A DNA stretch of 60,000 nt from Camelus dromedarius (GCF_036321535.1 NC_087437.1:59026001-59086000), one strand, 5' to 3'. Positions 1-12,304 are shown, numbered from the stretch's first letter. Made by a program: numbers and translations. Notes: generated by a model from the letters alone, not told the origin.

Positions 1-277
1 CACAGGGTATCAAAGACCGAGAGCCCACGTTATCTTCAGTTTTCACTCAAAGAACTCAGCATATTTGGGTGTTTTTCTTTTTTTAATCTCCCCCTTTCAG
101 TTATTGTCTCAGGGTAAACACTTGTGATTCATAAATGCCTGAAGAGTGAATCAGTACTCTCCTGTTCAAACCAGCACAGGCCACATCAAACAATAGCCCA
201 CAAGGTATTATTAATCATTAAATAGGCACATAGACGAACACTCAGGCGAGGGAGCCATTTTTCTTTTTCTTCTTGTC

Positions 278-298
278 TTTTTTTTTTTTTTTTTTTTT
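278..298. repeat. poly-T tract
   Basis: About 21 consecutive T. Confidence 0.9.
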
Positions 299-1644
299 AA
301 GGAAATTAACGAAGGGGAAACCTTGAGTTTGACCAACTCAGAAAAAAAAATGTGTTTCTTGTTTGTTTGTTTGGCTTTTGGTTTGGGGTTTGGGGGGTGT
401 TGTTTTTTGTTTACCACTAAAGGCTTAGTCAAATTCAAGGCTAAAAGGGCAAATAGTTCAGGTAAGAAAAGTGTTCTTTCCTTTGGAGTTGTCCTTCTGT
501 CATTCAACAACGGCCCACATTTCAAATAGCCGCACTCAGTTTTTCCATATTCATGTGCTCAAGAAAAATAAGAGTTCTCAGCCACTGTGGGTCGGCTGGT
601 GGGCACGAGTCCCAGCAACATTGCTACACTGCAGCTGTAGCCGGGGTGCAAACTTGCAGGTGGGGGAACTGGGGACACACCTGCTCCGTCAAAGAAGATA
701 CCAAGTTATGTCAAACAACCCTTCCTCTGACCCTCTCTTCTCTTATATACACTGAGGAACATCCTCTAGGTTCAAAAATGGGGCTCCTCCCAGTACGGAA
801 GATAGATCAATGGTGTCACCTTCCACAGACATAGGGATGCTAAAACATAGTGACTTAAAAATATTATTTCTTCTCAGGAAGCATCTCTGATAAAAAGATA
901 CCTGAATAGACAGATGAACGATCCAGCACCTGCCATCAGAGGCCTGCAGAACTAGGATGGCGCGGGTCCCAGTTTAGGCCAGTCGTCCTGATATAACTGT
1001 TAATAGATTAGCTTTCACCCTCAAGTGTCCCAGTTCAGACCGTAAGTCCTATGGTCATCTCCAAGAAGCTCCTAGAGCAGGAAAGTTCTCAGACGTGCAT
1101 CTTGCCCACCTATCTTATCTCATGTAAGTGTGACTGGGATCCAGGGAGGGCCTGCCGGTGTTTACTCTCTCAGATTAAGTGTCCCTCTGCAGCCCTGCCC
1201 CTTCCTTCCTGTTGTGGGGGAGGGGGGGTGAGTCGCCCCCACATCCTGTGTGCCTGGCCCATGCTCATGCCCTTGCCTCCATCCAGAACTCTCCTGAGGC
1301 TCATTTTAATTATTCCAGGCCGGGCTACACCCAGGTCTGCATCTGCCCACAATCAAAGCTGCTGCCAGAGTGCTTAGGTGGTAGAGACCCTCCTCCTTGG
1401 AAAAGGAGGAGTTGGCTAATTTTTTAGGTGTCTCCTGGTCCCGCAGCCTGTGATTCATAAAAGACTGGCCGAAGCTTTTGGTTTGTCAAATATGTGTGGA
1501 CCAATTTATCACAGGGGTTGTCCATCCATTTCTTTAAGAATATTAACACCTGCTGAAGATTTTTTAGATGAATGAGAGTATGTATCCTGTATGTCATATG
1601 GCAACGACAAAAGCAGCTGAGGATTTACACTGGATGCACAATAC

Positions 1645-1845
1645 GCCAGGTACTGTTCTAAGCACATTGCGTATAAGTCCTTATAACAATCCTATAAAGT
1701 AAGTACTGTGACTATCTCCCCATTGAACAGGTAGGTAAAATGAGGCACAGAACAGTCATGTCACATGGCTAGAGTGTCGGTGAACTGGAGAAGGAACCCA
1801 GGCAGTCTGGCTCCAGGACCTTTGCTTTTGAGCCCCTCTGCTGTA
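1645..1845 (-). mobile_element. MIR SINE relic
   Basis: Reverse-strand MIR core and head motifs (cccattgaacag..aaaatgaggcacag..gtcacatggctag..gaacccaggcagtctggctccag). Ends approximate. Confidence 0.75.
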
Positions 1846-4800
1846 GCTTTTCCTGCACATATACAGAGACATGCGCTCCACATTCCTAACAGAAATAATC
1901 ACCAGGTTAGTCAAATCTCAGCTGTAAAACTCTGAAGTTCACAGAGGGAGGTGCTATTTAAATACAAGAGGCCACTTCGCCTCGACTTTACAGCCCCTTT
2001 TATCAATATCACTCAGCATCATAAAACAACAGGTGTGTTGGGGTGCACTATAAAAACAGGTGTTTTTGTGTGCTGTATTTGCACGTATTTAACCCAGGGT
2101 GTCTTGACATGATTGCTGTGTACTTCTCAGTTACACAAAATCTTCCGTGAGGCGCTGGCATGGATGAAGAGAATGAGGGCAGGTGAAGGGGTCAGCAGTG
2201 GTCCCTCCTAGGGACTGTGTGTAGGCTCCTGCATCTCCCAGATAACTGCCCACCAGACTCACCTTTCCCAGGTAGCCTCCTCGTTTTCTTTCCCAGTTTT
2301 CCAGAAGGACCAGTGATCTCTCCCATGGCCTGTTTCCTTTCCGTCTGCTGCCCAGCGGTGGAACCTGCCTGCTTAAATCTTACTTATTAACTATACGTAG
2401 ATATGGTAGACTGCGATTGCAGGAGAATTGTTTGGGAGCTCAGTATCTCGCTCCTTCCCACGTACCTTACCCTGGGAATTGCTTTGTACTTTCGTATTGC
2501 CATGTGGTGGTGTGTCTTTAATAACCATCCATAAAGATAGGCCTGGGAAAGCATGGACAGCAGCAGACTTCTCTCAATTCACCTGATTGCAACAGAGGAG
2601 AGCTGTCTGCAGGGTTGTCCCTGCCGCCCAGAGGTGGAGATCCGGAGTAGTCAAAGGAAATCCACCCCTTTGATTCAGCAACCCTGGAAAATTTGGAAAA
2701 ACACACTGACCCTCTCGGGGCTCTGTTGAATCGCCAGTAAAACTTTTTTTTAAAGTTGAAGTTCATTCATGCATTTATTCTCCAAATATTTGGGGTGCCG
2801 ACTCTGTGGAAGATATTGTACCAGATGCTATAAGGAACTTCTTCATTTCTTTATCAGAGAAGAAATAGAGATGAAAGATGTGGGGAGTCAAGGGGAAATT
2901 TTTATAATATAAACGGGGGATGTCGCCCCTCTGCACAGATGAAAAGCATTTGAATAGCAGGCAGGGATGGAAGTAACTGTCAAAATAGGGGTGTAATTCT
3001 GCCTACCACATAGTAGGTGCTCACAGATAGTCACTGACCGGAATTAAGTTAAACAGGTCATTGGAAATTGGACGGCTTTGACCCCTGACTGTATTATCTG
3101 ATTACCATCCATACTCCATACAAAGAAGACAAGCTGGGACTCCGCCCTCCATCCAGATGACTTGTAGTTCTAGATGCCAAGTCCAGGTCTGTCCCCGGGG
3201 GCCAGAACTTTGAGGGCAGGTGAGGAGGGAGTAGAGGGTTGAATAGCTGCCCAGGACAAGGAGCTCAAATACTGGAATATGAGGACTGAATCCCTCCTTG
3301 ACTGTGGGAGCCTGGCAAGATAAAGGCCACAGCAGGATATGTGAATGAGATCCACACAGCTTGGCGACTTCCTCCAGAAGCCAGCCTCGCTCCGGGACTT
3401 TATCAAGAGACCTCCATTAGTTAGGCCACGAGGGTGCCGCTGCACACCAGCCATTACAGCAGAGCTCACCCTCCAGGCTCTCAGATTTTAATCAAGGTGC
3501 CCGTGGAAGCCCAACCCTGCAAAGGAGCATCCTTCTCCCCGCCTTCCATAATGTCTCATGCAGAGTTGAGCTGAGGGGGAAAATGCACTGTAATATGGGA
3601 GTGCTTGCCCACGTGGTCAGGGAGCTGGAGGTGAACCGTGTCCTTGGTCCTCTTCCTGGTGCTACCCGGATTTGATGTGCTTGCCTCCCCTTTTGTTCTG
3701 AGTCACCCTGCCACCACCTTTCCAGGACCACCACCCTCAGACGGGCTACAGAGCAGGATGCAGTCTCCCCAATGCTCCTGTTCCCTGCCATCACTCCAAA
3801 GAATCTCACAACTTTTTCCCGTCTGTGGGATCTTATGTATGCCTACAGCAATACAAACAGCACAGAACAGAACTAACTAGTGAAGAAAAGTGTGTAGGTC
3901 CCATAGTTTGCCAAAGGCTCTCAATCACAGACTGGGTCTCACTTCCTGAGATTTTCCGGGAAGCCACTCAGAAGGTACTGGAGCTACCCTAAGCAGCTCA
4001 GCCTCAGCCCAGGGGAGATGATGGTCATCACCTTTCAGTGTTCTTTCCAGAACCTGCTCAGTCATCCTGCTAAATGGGATTCCTTCCCCTCACCTCCCCC
4101 GCCGGCTTCCCGCCACAGAAAAGCATCCTTCCTCCTCATCCCCTGCCACAGATGCATCCTCTGGACAACTGAGACTCTTGTACCTAATCTTATTCTTGCC
4201 AGTGGCTGAGAAGAAAAGTCGGTTCTCTCGTGGCCTCTAAGCTTCCTGCTCTGTTTCTCTAAAGGTACTATTTTCCAGAAAGCTTGTTTATCCTATATCC
4301 TGTGTCTCTAACAGTTAATGGTCCAGGCAAATGTCTCCTAAATTGACCGCTTGAATCCTCTCTCTTCGTCCCTGGACCTTCCACCCAGGTCCTTCTAAGC
4401 TGGATCTTAAGGCAGTATGTGAGGGCAAAATGCTGCAATGCACCAGAAAGTGCCCTGTCCACTGCCAAGGACTATAAGGTGGGATGGCAGGTACCCTCCA
4501 ACTCCATGAAAGAGACCAGAAGCTCCCCACCACAGCTTAGAACCCACAGCTGCCTGAACCGTCTTCTCTTGTTCCCTAAGCCTAACATCTAAAATGAAAA
4601 TATCTCTCTCACAAGTAAATACCACCTATCTAACGCTTAGAAAAGCCATTATTTTTCTCACCTCTTCCTCTGCTAGTCTGTGTGGCCCCTGCGAGCGGCC
4701 TCCTGTCTCCTGGAACTCCAAAATCAAGATTCCTTCTTTTCCAGGGGGGTACAGGGTGGTGAGCAAATCCAAGAGGGAACGACAGTGCAGCAAGCCTGGC

Positions 4801-6179
4801 ATTCAACCACGCTGTGTGCTGGGCATTCTGACACACTGCCCCACTCACTCACCAGCGGGCAGCTCTGGCTCTCAACAGGAAAATCCATCTTTGGTGGTAA
4901 TATTAGTCACTTGCAGATGGTATTTCAAAACGTTCTGCTCATACAGATACAGTGGGGCGGGTTTCTGGACTGGTGGGCAGGAAACCTGAATCTAATTCTG
5001 GCTTTACTCTTCCCTCTCCAGGGAGGCTGTCACACCTTGGGCTAGTCCCTTCTTCCTGGGCTCAATTTTCCCATGCATTCAATGAACGACCCACTCAGCC
5101 ACCTCTTAGGTCTCTCCCTCTGCCTCCCCCACCCCTCTTCTATAAGCTGATAATAAGCAAGGGTAACAATGATGGCTATCTTCATTTAAAACATGCCATA
5201 TGCACTCATCCCAGATCATTTTCAGACCCTAAGCTTTATCCAAACAATTTTTGGACTAGCTGCATTTTTATTTTTAATTTTTTTAGAAATGTGATCTGAT
5301 GCTACAATTTGAGCAGCTATCAGCACGTCAGACAAATGTATGTCCTGGGTTTAAAGGGGCTAAGGCTTCACCCCACCTTCCTGAGCCTTCCAGAGACCCC
5401 CACAGGCACCAGCCCTCGCACAGCTGTGAGCCTTTTACATGCAAGGGTGCAAGTCAGCGTCTGTGAGATCCCTCAGGAATGCCCATCTTCATCCTTGGGC
5501 TTGCAGGCTTGCCTCACAGCTCGGAGGGTAAAAGGTTAGCTGAGAGCACATTCAGAGCCTGCCCACCACTGCTGCTGAGGCCCGGCCAAATGTGGGAGTT
5601 AAGCTGGTCCCGGCGCCCTGCCCCCGCCCCACTGGGAAAGGCTTTCTTGGCAACTATCCTCTTTCAGAGCCCATTAGAAAAGTGCATATTCCTTTGGTCC
5701 CACTGGCTCTAGTCAAGTTTTCCGAGGAGGGGTTGGGGTGGTGGAAAGCATTACAGGCTGCTGTGAGCCAATGTTGAAAGCTTCTGTTTTCCACCCTTAC
5801 CCCCCAGGTTGCAGTTCACGGTCCCAGCTTGGCTTGAAACCAACAAGGCAGTTTTGTTTAGATGTAGCAACTTATTTTTATCAAAGATGGAATGCAGAGT
5901 TGCCGTCCTTTCGAATGCCTCTGCATGGCAACCAAGACTCTTGCTCCAAGCATTCCTGAATCCTCTTCTATGGGCAGACACTTGGCTTTCTTCCCTATCC
6001 CTTTCTCCATCCAAATGCTGGGTGCAGAGCAGCTCAAGTACCTCAAAATTAAGGGGGGAAAAGGCTCTATAAATTCAAGGTATATTTATTATTAAAGGAT
6101 CTATTTTAAATCCAAGTTTGGGTAGTGATCACAACTCTATAAACCCCACCCTTAGTTTCCTAGGGCCCTCTGCACCGTG

Positions 6180-6300
6180 GCGTGGTAGAAAGGACTCCGA
6201 ACTGGCTTCTGGCCCCTACTCTGGCCCTATGTTGCTGTAGGCCCTTGAGCCAGTCCCTGGCCCTCTCTGGGCCTTAGAGTATCTACTCTCTTGTAAACAG
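6180..6300 (+). mobile_element. MIR SINE relic
   Basis: ctctggcc..gctgtaggcccttgagccagtccctggccctctctgggcctt resembles the MIR core. Confidence 0.55.
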
Positions 6301-6311
6301 AGATTGCCGGC

Positions 6312-6530
6312 ATCAGCTTCCTCAACCTTTTCAGGTCACAAAAACCTTTGCGATTCTGCAGAAAGCTATGCACCCTCTCCTCAAGGAGAAATGCATTCGT
6401 TCATTCCCTCAAAAAGTATTTAATAAGTTCTGTGAAGTACGCATATAGAGACATAATTTTAAACTCCATTTCAGGGGCTTTAGAGACTCCCTGGGGGTTT
6501 ATCCATGAACCTTAAGGTCAGAAATCCTGG
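6312..6530. mobile_element. non-autonomous hAT-Charlie DNA transposon relic (Charlie4z-like)
   Basis: gattctgcagaaagctatgcaccctctcc...atttcaggggc...atccatgaaccttaaggtcagaaatcctg matches my recollection of a short Charlie consensus. Family name uncertain. Confidence 0.5.
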
Positions 6531-7754
6531 TGATGAGTTCCGCTGCAGTGAGCATGTACGGACTGTTATCTAGAAGAACCACAATAATGATTCTAGTGAA
6601 GGATCACAAAACGACCAGTCAGGCTGATGCCGGAAAATGGAGGCAGCGAGGCAGTCAGTGTGCAGGTGATGTCTGGCTTCCCTCCGTCTCCAGGTGCTCC
6701 TACCCAGCACATGAGGGCAAACACACGTGCACACCCGGCCAGGGAATGTGCTGTTTCTGGGCACTCGGACTGCGGGGAGCTGGCTGCAGCCCTGCAGAGA
6801 CGACAAACGTCTCTTCTATCCTGGGCTTTATTTTTCTCACGGTCTCTGAAAAGGCTGCGATCAGGTGATATGTGTGGGACTGCTCCCTGTACAGGTGCGG
6901 AGCAGGTATTGAGGGGAGGGGAAAATCTGCCCCGTGTGTACTCACTCAAAGCTCTTTCAATAGCCCTCCCAGGATAGCTCTTGGCAGGGCAGCTACCACG
7001 TCCCTGGCAGGCTGCAGGGAATCTGAGTGTGAGAAAGTCAGTCAAGCGGAGGAAAAGGGAAGAAAAAAAAAAAAGCTCCAAGTCCTCAGGCAAAATACCT
7101 TTTTTCTTCTTCTCTCGCTCTTTCTCCTTTCTTTAGCTTTAAACCAAACCCACAAACCATTCAGATACCTAGAGACAAAGGAGAGTCTCAGCAGAGATGC
7201 AGTTATTTGTTTTATGGTTTAAAGCAAACAGGTGATGCAATAAGATGGAGAAAAATCACCCTTCACAGGGCAGAAAGGGGCAAGGAGGTAAGCACAGCAG
7301 CCCTGGTCGTGTTTATTGGGCGTGATACAGTGGGAAAGACTCCTTGTGTTTTGCCGGTCTCACAGGAGGATCAAAGAAGTGACCTCCACTAATAAAGTGT
7401 TCAATTTTCTCTGTGCTTTTGTGGGGCGGGCGGCAGGGAGAGAAGGAAGACTGAAAAATAAAGGCTGTTTCTCTCTAGGAGGAGCTTTCCAAATTCAAAA
7501 GGCTTCTCTTGAGTTTAGGAGTTGAGTCCCCCATTTGAGAAGGTGAGGAGAGTGTCCTCTTGGTGCTAGTCTCACTGCTCAGGATAAGAATGCTGAAAAA
7601 CAGTCTCTGAGCACATTTACAAAGAAACTTTCTTCTTGAATGGCTGGGATGGAGGGCTGGTGATTTCATGGGTTGGTTTTTTGTTTGTGTCTTTATTTGG
7701 GCCAGACACAAATTCATGGCAAAATTTTGACAGACCCCTATCTAAAAATGTGCC

Positions 7755-7774
7755 TGTGTGTATGTGTTTGTGTT

Positions 7775-7805
<31 letters not shown>

Positions 7806-7806
7806 G
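7755..7806. repeat. (TG)n microsatellite with a degenerate 5' part
   Basis: Read directly from the sequence. Confidence 0.95.
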
Positions 7807-10137
7807 CATTTAAATCATTTGCTCATTCTACCAGTCTAAGCACTCCTAAAGTGGCAATAGAGTTGTTTATTAACTATTAGTCCAATGAGGCTGTTTTAGG
7901 TACTGCAGTGAGACCATAACTTGACTATATTCAACATTCTCCAAGCACCTTCAGGGTGCCAAATCCTGAGGAGACAACAGAATCAGAAACAAACAAACAA
8001 ACAAAGCCTCTTAGGCTAGAAGGGACAGGGGGTGGTATACCGGACTAGTTAATTAGGGCCTAAGAGCAGACACCAATGTCATAGCAGTTTAGTGGAGGAA
8101 GTTGCTGGCTCTTATAGATTCAGAGGGACCCTGGAAAGGGTTAACAAGCTTCCCTGGGAAGGGTTTCACTCCTTGGAAGAATCTGGGTCAGAGTATTCAC
8201 GCAGTTTTTAAAAAGTCAGATGCTGAGCAGAAGCATTTTAAGAAGCTTGAAGAGTTTGCATGGCAGAAAGCAGGGTAACTTCATAGGTTCTTCACCTTTC
8301 ACCAAGAGGATGTCAAACACACAGGAAAACTCCACATCTTCCCAAAGCAACAGACAATTTTCTGTCATCACCACTTCTCCATCTGTTTAAAATAAGAAAG
8401 AAAAGTCCTACCCTACTGGCCCAGGTTGCAGGTCAACAAAGGAAGCATTGTTCATCATTTCTTCAGAACATGATAGGGCACAGCCCACTCTGCAGTGTGT
8501 TAAGAAAACACAAAAAAAATCCCAGAGAGCAGCCTGAGGGGCGAGAGAGAGTGAGTAAACTTCGCCTGCAATGAGGTACAGGTTTGGCTGCAGATTTGGG
8601 GGCTGCTCTGGAAGATGGAAATGAGGCTTGGGAGGTGGATACGGTCTGGGTCACAATGATTCCTTAGTTAGACTCCAAGGTTGTGGGGGAACATTGCATT
8701 AAAGGGTAGGCAGGTTTCTGCAGAACTCAGATTATTGGACAATGTGCAGTCAACGCCCAGGTGAGCTGGTTCTAGACAGGTGCTTCCGGGTGAGTGTCTG
8801 TCTACACCTGTCACCTAGGAACCTCCTTTACTGGCTTGAACCTCCTAACTGGGCCTTCTGCCTCCAAATCTTGCAAACTACTATCCATGCTTTTGCGGGA
8901 GCCATCTTTCCAAAGGAGAACCTTGATGTCTCTTCTCTGCCTAAGAGCATTTCATAGCTCCCCACTGTCTCACGGTAAGTCCAAAGCAAGATGGCTACAG
9001 GTCTTGTGACAGGCCTCCAGCCTCCTCCTCTAGTCCCTGTGTGACACTCCTGCCTGTCACACACCTGGGATCCAGACCATGTTCCCTGAATAAGGACCTC
9101 AAGTTCCAGAGTGGACGCTTTTAATGCCATTGGTACTGCCATCCTCCCCAGCCCCATGGCTCATCACATTTCCAATGCCCCAATTCTACCTATTTTTCAA
9201 GATACAAAGCACATGCCACTTCCTTCAGGAAGTTTTCCAGGATATCCCGATTTATGAGTAATTCAATTACGCTGAATGTCCACAGCATTTTATTTCTATC
9301 TAGACATATAACCGTCTCTCTTGAACCTAGGACCTACCAAAAGGGGGGGGGGGAGGGGAGGCAGCTGTCAGCTACCCTTAGGAGTACAGTATCTCTATGC
9401 CATAGGCTTCCTGAGGACAATAACTATTGTATCCATCCCTGTATCCCCCAGAGACCAGCAACAGTGTTGCCCACACAGGTGTGGTTCAGCATTTCTTTTA
9501 GGTTCTCCTGATCTCTCCGGCCATCACCCAAACCCCAAGGGAATGGCATAACAGAGGAACGCCTGGTCATCAATCAGAAACTCAAGTCTGTCTGCCTCCA
9601 GAGTTGACCTGTAAAACCCCATGCAGGCTGCCACTGTATCTCTCATAGTGGTAATCCAAGGGTTTAACACAGTGTCTGGCACAGAGCGTGTGTTCCATAA
9701 TGAAAGGAAGAGAGGGGCTCGCCCAAGGTCACCCAGAGTCAGGAACCGCTGCATCTCATCCGGGACGAGATCTGGTGAAATCATTTACAACATTATCTCA
9801 GTGGGGAGCTCAGAGGAAGGAAGGAATGAAGTGACTGAGAAATGTATGCCAGGCCTCCGGCGGCCTCTAAGCCTGGAGAAGGGCTGGGAGGGCGGGGTGC
9901 GACATCAAACAAGACGCTCGGCTCCTAGGCTGCCCCGAGCCGCCCGAGCAGCGAGCCGAGCTCCAGGGCGGCGGGAAGGGCGGAGGGAGTGGAAGCGCGG
10001 GGGCCGGCGACCCGGGCAGGCGGGCGGGAGGGAGGCGGCCGTGGCGGCCGGCCGGGGCAGTGCGTGTCGCCCGCCCAGCGCGGCAAATCCCCCAGGGAGG
10101 CCGCCGCCAGAGCCCTGGCGCTCCCGGCCCGGCGCCC

Positions 10138-10147
10138 GCCACGTGGC
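10138..10147. promoter_or_regulatory. palindromic class B E-box GCCACGTGGC
   Basis: Perfect 10-bp palindrome with a CACGTG core (bHLH/bHLH-ZIP site). Function inferred. Confidence 0.45.
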
Positions 10148-10978
10148 ACCCGGCGGCGGCGGCGGCGGCTCCTCCCGGCGCGCGGCCCGGCCAGCCGGCA
10201 GCACGCAGCCGCCCGCGCCGCCCGCCTCCTCCCGGCCGCCCGCCGGCGGCCTCCGGGGCACAGCGAGGGGGAGCTGCCCGGCCGCCCTGGACTCGGGGAA
10301 GGGGCGGGCGGCGCGAAGCCGCTTTAACCGCAGCCGCCGAGCGGAGGCAGGAGACTGACCCGGCCGCTTCCTAAGTGCGGTCAGGCATCTCGTGACCGCG
10401 GCGGGCGCCGGGGGCCCCGCGGGGGGAGGGAGGGCCGGAGCAAGGAGCAAACAAGAAGGTCCGCACCCCTCCCCCAGGCTGTTGCTAGTGAGGCTTTCGG
10501 CGGAGTTAAAACCCCAAGCCCGAAATCAGGGGTGGAGTGGGGGGTTGGAATAATTCCCCACTCCCCACCCCTGGGCGTGCGCTCCCCGCCCGGAAGGGCT
10601 GACCTTGGCCCGAGGGAGGTGGGGGGCGGGTGGTAAGCGCCGGGGCTCGGCTCCCAGCCCGCCGCCCCCTCGGATTCCTGGCCCGGCGGGGGCCGGAGGA
10701 GGGGGGCCCGGACACACACACACACACACCCCACACGCAGCGCGCGCCAATGAGCCCGGGCCAGGCGCAGGGGGCGGGGTTTTCCCAGGCTTGAGCACAG
10801 CAGCTGCTATTTACCTTCTTGGCTTCTCCCGGGGACCAGGAACCAGCCCCCGCGCTCCGCCGCCCGCCGCCGCCCCCCGCCTCCCTGCCCCCGGGGCGCG
10901 CGCACACACACTCACACACGCACGCACACACATACATCCTCCCGGCCCGGCCGCAGCCGCGGCGGCAATAAAACATCC

Positions 10979-10988
10979 TGGCACGTGC
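10979..10988 (+). promoter_or_regulatory. ESE-box-like site TGGCACGTGC (high-affinity HES/HEY/E(spl) motif)
   Basis: Matches the TGGCACGTGY optimum for bHLH-O repressors. Confidence 0.5.
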
Positions 10989-11905
10989 TCCGGCTCCAGG
11001 CGCGCCCTCGCCGGCCGGCTGATGTCAAACTGCAGCTCGGCTGGTGTAGCTCTTAAAGGGCCCGTGCGCGCCGGGTGCCGAGACTGCCCGGGTCGCTCGC
11101 GGGGCGAGAAGGAGGGAGAGGCTACCGCTCGGCCCGCCACCTCAAAGTGCAGCAGAACCGAGAGCCGGCGGGTGGAGGGAAAGGGTGACGAGGACTCGCG
11201 CGCGCGTCCCTGAGGCATTGCCATCAAAGCCCCCCTTGTTCATCTTTCATTTGAAATTCCATTTCCTTTCTGCTCAGTTGGAAATTATTCTGATTGTTTC
11301 CTGGGGAAGTGCGGGGTCCAAGGCCCCAACTCCTGAAGAGGAATGAGGGAAGAACGAGGGGAGCGGGGCGGGGTGGTAGGCGGGGAGGGCAGGGATCAAA
11401 AACCACCTTGCTCAGAAAAACCTGCAAATGTAAGATGGAGGCACTTTTTCCTTTTCTGCATACAAAAAGGAATTTTTCGTCCTATTTCTGCATGGCCGAC
11501 TTTCACCCCCCCCCCCGACAATGTTCTGGGTCTGAGCGGGAAATCACTTAGGTGTCTCCGTAACTCACACCCTTGCACGCGTTCCCCCCTTTTCTTTCAA
11601 CTACTGCAACTATAATATTTTATCCTTATACTTCTATGGCTTTTTAAAAATATATTTCAAATGAACTTCTTATTAGTTCTGCCAAATTAGAGCTGTCAAA
11701 GCACTTCTGTTACTCACATGAACGGAAATAAGAAGCAAAGACCCTAGCCTCAAAAGAAAAAAAACTAGAGTGGAGCAAACCCGAGGAGGAGAAAATCCTC
11801 TCTAAAGCAAACCCCAGCAGGGAGAGGCAAAGGGTTAAAATCCTTTTGATTGACGTTGTAGCCTCTGGTGCCCCGGGCTCAGGCGCGCGCCATTGGCCGC
11901 CAGGC

Positions 11906-11911
11906 CTTGTG
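11906..11911 (-). promoter_or_regulatory. N-box CACAAG (HES1 autorepression site, ~-165)
   Basis: CTTGTG on the + strand. Spacing to the TSS fits the known Hes1 N-box layout. Confidence 0.8.
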
Positions 11912-11938
11912 CCTGGCGGCCAATGGGGGGGCGCGGTC

Positions 11939-11944
11939 CACGAG
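11939..11944 (+). promoter_or_regulatory. N-box CACGAG (~-132)
   Basis: CACNAG consensus at the expected position. Confidence 0.8.
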
Positions 11945-11984
11945 CGGTGCCGCGTGTCTCCTCCTCCTATTGGCTGAAAGTTAC

Positions 11985-12016
11985 TGTGGGAAAGAAAGTT
12001 TGGGAAGTTTCACACG
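11985..12016 (+). promoter_or_regulatory. Su(H)/RBPJ sequence-paired site (SPS)
   Basis: TGTGGGAA (11985-11992), a 16-bp spacer, then inverted TTCACACG (12009-12016): the classical Hes1 Notch-dimer element. Confidence 0.95.
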
Positions 12017-12018
12017 AG
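12013..12018 (+). promoter_or_regulatory. N-box CACGAG overlapping the SPS (~-58)
   Basis: CACNAG overlapping the inverted CSL half-site. Confidence 0.8.
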
Positions 12019-12039
12019 CCGTTCGCGTGCAGTCCCAGA

Positions 12040-12047
12040 TATATATA
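12040..12047 (+). promoter_or_regulatory. TATA box
   Basis: GATATATATAGAG, about 25-30 bp upstream of the inferred TSS. Confidence 0.9.
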
Positions 12048-12067
12048 GAGGCCGCCAGGGCCTGGGG

Positions 12068-12304
12068 ATCACACTGGATGCGGAGCTGGTGCTGATAACA
12101 GCGGAATCCCCCGTCTACCTCTCTCCTTGGTCCTGGAATTGCGCTACCGATCACCAAGTAGCCATAAGATATTATAATAAACCCGCAGCACTTGCTCAGT
12201 AGTTTTGCTAAAGTCTCAGGTAAAAGGGACACAAACAAAACAGTATTTTTGTGTGAACTCCAAAAATAAAATTCTCTAGGGATTTAAAAAAAAAAAAAAA
12301 GAAA
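12068..12304 (+). other. HES1: HES1 5'UTR (part of exon 1)
   Basis: Lies between the TATA-defined TSS and the ATG. Contains a reverse N-box CTGGTG at 12086-12091 (~+16). TSS approximate. Confidence 0.8.

Larger units (their letters stand above)
9860..11215. promoter_or_regulatory. upstream CpG island of HES1
   Basis: Very high GC and CpG density with CGG/GCC runs and GC boxes. It is separated from the core promoter by an AT-richer spacer (~11220-11850). Confidence 0.9.
11850..12070 (+). promoter_or_regulatory. HES1: HES1 proximal promoter
   Basis: CCAAT boxes (ATTGG 11892-11896, CCAAT 11920-11924, ATTGG 11969-11973), N-boxes, a paired CSL site, TATATATA 12040-12047 and a CRE-like TGACGT 11851-11856. 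TSS expected near 12065-12070. Confidence 0.95.

Noticed and set aside
9621..11227. Long ORFs (245, 181, 202, 156 and 138 aa) in the upstream CpG island
   Set aside because: Low-complexity Arg/Pro/Gly/Ala translations, open in several frames on both strands. This is the usual stop-codon scarcity of GC-rich DNA, and I recognise no domain.
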